Part shown: piece by piece, positions 21,129 to 28,589 of the stretch
Layout: every line of letters starts with the position of its first letter
How positions within the stretch are numbered: the first letter of the stretch is position 1
Assembly (NCBI RefSeq): GCF_006345805.1
Contig: NW_021833494.1
Location: 1-28,589 of the forward strand
From: Octopus sinensis
Lineage: Eukaryota
Direction: 5' to 3'
DNA: 28,589 nucleotides
Position numbers and translations under genes: made by a program
Notes under the pieces: model-generated
Told to the model about the DNA's origin: nothing
Databases searched by the model: none
What the model saw: the letters and a program-made list of their open reading frames with translations, nothing else

Positions 21129-21373
21129 TCATATGTATACATAATATAAATACACATACATAGACACACACACGCATATATCCATTTGTACACACACATT
21201 TACACGTGTGTGTGTGTGTGTATGTATGTAGTTGGCATTAGGAAGGGCATCCAGTTGTAGAAACTTCACCAGATCAGATTGAAGCTTGGTTTGCCAGTCC
21301 CTCAGATGGAAAGTGGACATTAAACAACGCTGATGATGATGATGATATATATATATATATATATATATATACA

Positions 21374-21537
21374 CTTTATTTAAAGCAGCAGAAAATTCAA
21401 CAAACCTGTTAGTCTGAGTTTCCCGTTGACGTTCATCGGACAGTTTTTGCTAGAATCTAGCAAAAACTGTCCGATGAATGGCAACGGGAAACTCAGAGTA
21501 ACAGGTTTTGTTGAATTTTCTGCTGCTTTAAATAAAG
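21374..21537. repeat. ~81-bp-arm palindrome, each arm carrying a degenerate hammerhead-like motif (Penelope-like fold-back)
   Basis: Centre ctaga-a-tctag at 21455. Right arm: aaaactgt-CCGATGA-atggcaacgg-GAAAC-tcaga-GTA-acaggtttt, with palindromic ACTC-A-GAGT. Confidence 0.8.
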
Positions 21538-21627
21538 CATATTACTCTACCACTGGTATTTGAGTACTCTTTTTTCCACTTTGTTTCACATTTATGTGTT
21601 TACTCCGGTATATATATATATATATGT

Positions 21628-21660
<33 letters not shown>

Positions 21661-22674
21661 TAAATATTAGGGAATAAATCCAAATTTACAGGGAAAAAAT
21701 CAGATTTAGGATTAAATCCAATTTTATAGTAAAATATTATAAAATATTATAAGAGACAAAACCACTATTTTGCAAAACAAACAAGGAAAGACTTAATCAA
21801 TACATAAAATTTTACGTGTGTGTATTTGTGTGTGAATGTTTAGGTTAGGGGGATTGCTATATAGGTATGTTATAGAGTTTAGTAAAGGGAGATTTTATCA
21901 TTATATGTTTTTATGAGTTTTGGTTTATCATGGTAGGTTTGTTAAGGAATTCATAGTAATTTGTGTCTATTTGCGATGTCTGTTGTTTTATTGCATTGTT
22001 TCATTCATAATTTTTAAGTAGTGTTAGTTTTACCAAGTGAATATAATTTTTAATTCCATTTATTCCATTCTCGTTCATAATTTTAAGTGATTGTCCGTTT
22101 TCGTTAGAGCATGAATGTGGGTTGTATGTGGTGTGTGTGGAGTATGAATAAGTATTGTGTTGAAGTATTTAGCTATTTTATTTATTTATAGTTGCCTAGA
22201 CGTTTTTTGTGTATGTATAGGGATTATATATAGGTGTGTGATTTAGTGTATGTAGTTAGATATGGTTATATATAATAGGTATAGTGTATGGGTGTATATA
22301 TAGTTTATATTATATTATTATTATTTTTTTGTTTTGTTTTATATTTTATATTTTATATTTTATATTTTATATTAATTGTTTGATAGGTTTATTTTAGTTT
22401 ATATTGGTTTATATATTGATTATATATGGATTATATATAGGTTATATATGGATTATATATTTACATTTTTCATTCATACTTTAATTATTTTAAAATTATT
22501 ATTTTTATATTTAAAATATTGATATTTTAGATTGGAAGTCCACCTGAAGATTGTCGATCAAGACAAGAAACAATTGTAGTGGTGTTTTTTTGACTATTTA
22601 TTAAAATTTTATGTATTGATTAAGTCTTTCCTTGTTTGTTTTGCAAAATAGTGGTTTTGTCTCTAATAATATTT
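21661..22674 (+). mobile_element. Penelope-like element remnant: T/G-rich body, hammerhead near the 3' end, inverted copy of the 3' end at the 5' side
   Basis: 21746-21812 is the reverse complement of 22604-22674. Hammerhead at 22540. (TA)n flanks. No RT or GIY-YIG ORF could be confirmed. Confidence 0.65.
22540..22582 (+). ncRNA. Canonical minimal type I hammerhead ribozyme
   Basis: CCAC-CUGAAGA-UUGUC(gaucaa)GACAA-GAAAC-AAUU-GUA|GUGG. 4-bp stem I, 5-bp stem II, palindromic stem III ACAAUUGU. Predicted cleavage after 22578. Confidence 0.85.
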
Positions 22675-22696
22675 TATATATATATATATATATATC

Positions 22697-22729
<33 letters not shown>

Positions 22730-23104
22730 ATATATAGCCATGACTACACGGCTATTGACAAATGCAGTTAGACAGCCTTTTGAAAAAAAATCACATGCGA
22801 GTTCTACAATAAAATTACAATAATTATTCAATGCCTGATTTCAGTTGAAGACGTGGATGAGATATCAGAAAAAATTGCTAATGTTGCTTGTATTGTATTC
22901 ATTGTTATGTTATGCTACTTTATTTATCCTATAAAGCATTTTGAACCTGAAGAAATAACCAAGAGTTACAATCACATTCGTATCCTGTCGCTCTCACTCC
23001 ACAACCTGTGGGATACTTTATCCCGTCGTTATAGGCGCAGGCATGGCTGTGTGGTAAGAAGCTTGCTTCCCGACAATATGGTTAATATATGCATATACAT
23101 ATAT

Positions 23105-23450
23105 TAACCCAGGGACGAGTGGATAACATCCCGTGTCGGTGGCACGTAAGAAGCACCATCCGAATCGTGGCCGAAGCCAGTGCCGCCTCGACTGGCTACC
23201 GTGCAGGTGGCACGTAAAATGCACCAATCCGGACCGTGGCCGATGCAGCCTTGCCGCTCCAGTGCAGGTGGCACGTTAAAAAGCACCCACTACACTCACG
23301 GAGTGGTTGGCGTTAGGAAGGGCATCAAGCTGTAGAAACATTGCCAGATAAGACCGGAGCCTGGGGCAGCCTTCTGGCTTCCCAGATCCCCGGTCGAACT
23401 GTCCAACCCATGCTAGCATGGAGAACGGACGTTAAACGATGATGATGATG
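23105..23450 (+). mobile_element. Family A retroposon copy
   Basis: Modules, gagtggttggcgttaggaagggcatc and (gat)n tail. Confidence 0.88.
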
Positions 23451-23506
23451 TCACACATGAATATTTTTAAGCAGTTCTATATTTTTGCATACAGAAATAC
23501 CCATCG

Positions 23507-23600
23507 CTTAAAGTGGAAGGGACTCATAGTAGAGGGAAACCCAAAGGCCCATCTCAAGACACTGAGCCTTATGAAGGAAATGACAAAGAATCAAGATATC
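23507..23600 (+). mobile_element. Degenerate RTE LINE C-terminal fragment
   Basis: Translates KVEGTHSRGKPK...LSLMKEMTKNQD, like the RTE VEGxRxRGRPKKTW...EMTxDR pattern. Confidence 0.5.
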
Positions 23601-23601
23601 T

Positions 23602-23994
23602 TATTTCTTTATTGTTTAGCCCTACAAGAGGCTAAACATAGAGGGGACAAACAAGGACAGACAAAGGGATAAAGTCGATTACATTGACCCCAGTGTGTAA
23701 CTGGTACTTATTTAATCAACCCTGAAAGGATGAAAGGCTAGGTCGACCTCGGCGGAATTTGAACTCAGAATGTTGAGGCAGACGAAATACCTATTTTTTT
23801 GTTACCCACAAGGGGCTAAACATAGAGGGGACAAACAAGGACAGACAAAGGGATAAAGTCGATTACATTGACCCCAGTGTGTAACTGGTACTTATTTAAT
23901 AGGTCGACCTCGGCGGAATTGAACGTTGCGGCAGACAAAATACTGCTGAGCATTTCGCCCGGCGTGCTAACGTTTCTGCCAGCTCGCCACCTTT
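23602..23994 (-). mobile_element. Family D SINE with internal partial duplication
   Basis: The segment ...ggctaaacatagaggggacaaacaaggacagacaaagggataaagtcgattacattgaccccagtgtgtaactggtac occurs twice; the head is at 23990. Confidence 0.85.
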
Positions 23995-24204
23995 AATCAA
24001 GATATCTGGCATTTCACTGTACTGAAGAAGATCCACATACCACATCAGAATTGGTGCTGATGCCACATTAAAAGCACTGGTGCTGGTGCCACATAAAATG
24101 TACCCTATACACTTTGTGGAGTATGGCATTAGGGAGGGCATCCAGCCATAAAAACATGCCAGAACAGACAATAGCTGCCTGGTGTGGCCCTTGGCCAAAC
24201 CAGC

Positions 24205-24450
24205 TCATCATTCCATGCTAGCATGGGTTGGACCTTTCGACCGGGGTCTGGGAAGCCAGGAGGCTGCACCAGGCTCCAGTCTGATCTGGCAGTGTTTCTA
24301 CAGCTTGATGCCCTTCCTAACGCCAACCACTCCGCGAGTGTAGTGGGTGCTTTTTACGTGCCACCAGCACAGGTGCCAGGAGTACTGGCAATGGCCATGA
24401 TCAGTTGGTGCTTTTTACATGCCACCGGCATGGAAGCCAGTCAAGGTGGT
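24205..24450 (-). mobile_element. Family A retroposon copy
   Basis: Reverse complement of the family A body; degenerate plus-strand pieces flank it. Confidence 0.8.
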
Positions 24451-24569
24451 GCTAGCATCTCCTGTCAGATAATCCAACCCATGCCAGCATAGAGAATGGA
24501 TGCTAAATGACCATGATGATGATGACACAATATGCACATACACAACATATATATATATATATATATACT

Positions 24570-24975
24570 CTCTCTCTTTTACTCTTTTACTTCTTTCAGT
24601 CAGTTGACTGCGGCCATGCTGGAGCACTGCCTTTAGTCGAGCAACTCAACCCCGGGACTTATTCTTTGCAAGCCCAGTACTTATTCTATCGATCTCTTTT
24701 GCCGAACCGCTAAGTGACGGGGACATAAACACACCAGCATCGTTTGTCAAGCAATGCTAGGGGGACAAACACAGACACACAACACACACGCGCATATATA
24801 TATATATATCATATATATGACGGGCTTCTTTCAGTTCTGTTTACGAAAATCCACTCACAAGGCTCTGGTCGGCCCGAGGCATAGTAGAAGACAGTTGCAA
24901 GGTGCCACGCAGTGGGACTGAACTGGAACCATGTGGTTGGTAAGCAAGCTACTTACCACACAGCCACTCCTGCCA
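24570..24975 (-). mobile_element. Family B SINE, full length
   Basis: Reverse complement, tail to head. Confidence 0.9.
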
Positions 24976-24977
<2 letters not shown>

Positions 24978-25050
<73 letters not shown>

Positions 25051-25078
25051 CATATATATATAACATATATATATATAC

Positions 25079-25109
<31 letters not shown>

Positions 25110-25410
25110 CATATACACTATATAAATATATATACATATATATATATATATATACTAATATATATATATATACATATATATATACATATAATATAATTAT
25201 ACATATACATTACATATATTATAACATATATATAGATACATACATACAGATATATATTATATATATACATATATATATATACATATATCATAATATACAT
25301 ACATATATATATATAACATACATAATATATATATACATACATTATATATATATATATATATATATAACATACATTATATTATATATATAACATACATACA
25401 ATATATATAT

Positions 25411-25470
<60 letters not shown>
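24978..25470. repeat. Long (TA)n/(TACA)n microsatellite
   Basis: Direct reading. Confidence 0.95.
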
Positions 25471-25474
<4 letters not shown>

Positions 25475-25900
25475 CAGGTTCAAACAAGTTGAGTTACAAA
25501 TGTGAAATAGTACAGAATTAGATTGATAGGTAGGAGAAAATGGGAAAAATGTCCATCAAAGGATCCATTGAAAATAAATAGGTTTATTGTAAGTTAGTCA
25601 ACGTGTTTTTGTCCTGTAGCTCTCTTTATTGAAAAAGAAGGCAGGCGCGGAGGAGGAGGGGAAGGGGAAGGGAAAGAGTAAAGGAATTAGAAAATATTTG
25701 TTTAGATAAGACTTGAAAAAAAAAAAAATCTCAGATAACCAAAATACATTTTTCATGAGCCAACAAGTGGCTAAGACATGGATGGACATTCTAGAAATAG
25801 CAGTCAAAGCTCCCTCAAAAGCACACCCTACTGCCTTATGAATGTATATATATGTATGGGGAGAAGGGACTGCAGCCCCTTATATGGGCAAGGGCCAAAA

Positions 25901-26075
25901 TCTGACAACCGATGCTGGTGTGTTTACGTCCCCGTAACTTAGCAGTTCGGCAAAAAAGAGACCGATAGAATAAGTACTAGGCTTACAAAGAATAAGTCCT
26001 GGGGTCGATTTGCTCAACTAAAGGCAGTGCTCCAGCATGGCTACAGTCAAATGACTGAAACAAGTAAAAGAGAGC
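25901..26075 (+). mobile_element. Family B SINE 3' half
   Basis: tgacaaccgatgctgg...gaaacaagtaaaagag. Confidence 0.88.
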
Positions 26076-26123
26076 ATTTTAAGCAAAAGATCTTAAAAAA
26101 ATAAAACGGAGACATACTGGGGT

Positions 26124-26346
26124 TACTCTTTTACTTGTTTCAGTCATTTGACTGCGGCCATGCTGGAGCACCGCCTTTAATCGAGCAACTCGATCCCCGG
26201 GACTTATTCTTTTGTAAGCCCAGTACTTATTCTATCGGTCTCTTTTGCCGAACCGCTAAGTAACGGGGACATAAACACACCAGCATCGGTTGTCAAGCAA
26301 TGCTAGGGGGACAAACACAGACACACAAACATACACATATATACAT

Positions 26347-26382
<36 letters not shown>

Positions 26383-26548
26383 ATTACATATATACGACAG
26401 GCTTCTTTCAGTTTCCGTCTACCAAATCCACTCACAAGGCATTGGTCAGCCCGAAGCTATAGTAGAAGACACTTGCCCAAGGTTCCACGCAGTGGGACTG
26501 AACCCGGAACCATGTGGTTGGTAAACAAGCTACTTACCACACACCCAC
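26124..26548 (-). mobile_element. Family B SINE, full length
   Basis: Reverse complement, tail to head; inverted partner of 25901-26075. Confidence 0.9.
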
Positions 26549-26903
26549 TCTTCGTTTTACTAAACTTGTCAAGGTTGTGCTCCAGTATGGCCACAATCCA
26601 ATGACCGAAATAAGTAACAGGATAAAGATATACAACTGGGGGATTAGACAAGCAGAAGATTGTAATAAGCACGAACACAAGGCCCCCACCCCAAAAAAAT
26701 CAGGATGGGAATTCCAGTTTCTTCAATCAACAGAACAATCTGCTCATGAAAATTAACATACAAGTGGTTGAGTATTCCACAGACACACATACCTTTAACA
26801 TAGTTCTCAGGGAGATTCAGCATGAGACAGAATGTGACAAGGCTGACCCCCTTCGAATTACAGGCACCTTCTCATTTTTTACCAGCCGCGCAGACTGGAG
26901 CAA

Positions 26904-27881
26904 TCTTTATCTCTATATATATAAACGGCAAAATGTCTGTGTGCGTGTCCTTTATACAAATCCACAATTTTTCAGTTAGAGGGCTCGCACTTTCTATGGT
27001 TATTCAAAACCGTCCAAAGGTGGTGGTGGCACATCTCTACATTTCCCCAGTCACCCCGCAAATTCACAATATATAAACTGCAAAAGTCTGGTGCGTTCCT
27101 TTATACAAATCCACAATTTTTCAGTTAGAGGGCTCGCATTTCTATGGTCATTCAAAACCGTCCAAGGGGGTGGTGCCACATCTCTACATTTCCCCAGTCA
27201 CCCGCAATCTCACAATATATAAACGGCAAAATGTCTGTGTGCGTGTCCTTTATACAAATCCACAATTTTTCAGTTAGAGGGCTCGCACTTTCTATGGTCA
27301 TTCAAAACCATCCAAGGGTGGTCGTGCACATCTTTACATTTCTCCACTCACCCCGCAAATCTCTCTATATATAAATGGCAGAATGTCTGCGTGTGTGTGT
27401 GTGTCCTTTATACAAATCCACAATTTTTCAGTTAGAGGGCTCGCACTATCTATGGTCATTCAAAACCGTCCAAGGGTGGTCATGCACCTCTTTACATTTC
27501 CCCAGTCACCCCGCAAATCTCTATATATATAAACGGCAAAATGTCTGTGGGTGTGTCCTTTATACAAATCCACAATTTTTCAGTTAGAGGGCTCGCACTT
27601 TCTATGGTCATTCAAAACTGTCCAAGGGTGGTCGTGCACATCTTTACATTTCCCCAGTCACCCTGCAAAGCCATTAAAAAATCAATAGAAGTGACTTTTT
27701 TGTGAATTTTCTATCCAAAACCCAATCAAAATGCTCGAAACTTGCTACGCCAATTGAATGCCAGCTAGCTGTATGTAATTGGTCGGAGACTTGGACAGTA
27801 CTCGCATGTATGTGCGCACGCACACAGCTGTATATGCATGCACTAGCACTATGACCTGGCAACGCCGGGTCATAGTGCTAG
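26904..27881 (+). mobile_element. Non-autonomous Helitron with 5x tandem ~152-bp 5' segment
   Basis: 5' a|TC(tttatc)tctatatatataaa; 3' GC-rich hairpin cctggc-aac-gccggg; terminal CTAG|t at 27878-27881; A/T insertion site. Repeat units (aaacggcaaaa-like) at about 26923, 27076, 27221, 27373 and 27531. Confidence 0.8.
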
Positions 27882-27979
27882 TATGAAATAAAGTGTCTTG
27901 CCCAAGAAGAGAATGCACCGCACCACCTGGTATCAAACTCATGACCTTATGACCGAGAGCTGAAACCCATAACTGCACA

Positions 27980-28495
27980 TCATCATCATCATCATCATCA
28001 TCATCTTTTAGCATCCGCTTTCCATGCTAGCATGGGTTGGACGGTGCAACTGGGATCTGGGAAGCCAGAAGGCTGCACCACACCCAGTCTGATCTGGCAA
28101 TGTTTCTACGGCTGGATGCCCTTCCTAACGCCAACCACTCCGTGAGTGTAGTGAGTGCTTTTTACGTGGCACCGGCACAGGTGTGAGACAAGGCTGGCAA
28201 ACGGCCACGATCGGATGGTGCTTTATACATGCCACCGGCACGGGGGCCAGGCCAGGCTGGCAAACAGCCACGATCGGATGGTGCTTTATACGTGCCACCG
28301 GCACGGAGGCCAGGCCAGGCTGGCAAACAGCCACGATCGGATGGTGCTTTTTACGTGCCACCGGCACTTGAAGCCAGCCGGGGCGGCGCTGGCAACGGTC
28401 ACGTTGGAATGGTTCTCTTATGTGCCACCGGCACTGGTATCACAGCTACAATTTCCATTGATGTTGATCGAATTTGATTTTGACTTTGATTTTGA
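27980..28495 (-). mobile_element. Family A retroposon copy, long, with 4-5 internal modules
   Basis: (cat)n tail, body, modules, and gaatttgattttgactttgattt matching the head region near 6560. Confidence 0.88.
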
Positions 28496-28589
28496 TGAAA
28501 GAAAAAATAGGCAGAATCATTGAAGGCAGTACTCCAGCATGGCCATGAGCCAACGAAGCCAGTGAAAGAAGAAGACAACATATGTAAAA

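Noticed and set aside
21813-22530. GIY-YIG endonuclease ORF remnant
   Set aside because: The frames I translated by hand contain many stops and no convincing motif; a profile search would be needed.

Overview
Eukaryotic, repeat-dominated, probably intronic or intergenic DNA. The tRNA-head SINE families, (TA)n/(TG)n/(TGTA)n microsatellites and Penelope-like remnants suggest an Octopus (cephalopod) genome; this is an inference from repeat content. No complete protein-coding gene is visible, and nearly all listed ORFs are microsatellite or SINE artefacts. A few possible minus-strand exons are reported at low confidence. The main signal is RNA-level. A tandem array of about 358 bp x 4.5 copies (13646-15395) carries one type I hammerhead ribozyme per full unit on the minus strand, with a non-canonical UUGAAAA core (U3:A8 in place of C3:G8), a palindromic stem III and a fold-back inversion at one end. 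This is a retrozyme/Penelope-like architecture that could yield ~357-359 nt monomers or circular RNAs. A second, unrelated U3:A8 hammerhead (5905-5948), a canonical hammerhead (22540-22582) and several degenerate ones also occur, nearly all next to (TA)n tracts. Other elements: RTE LINE fragments, Tc1/mariner fragments, a non-autonomous Helitron, a Helentron/HINE-like fragment and several tandem amplifications derived from TE parts. All alignments and folds were done by eye.
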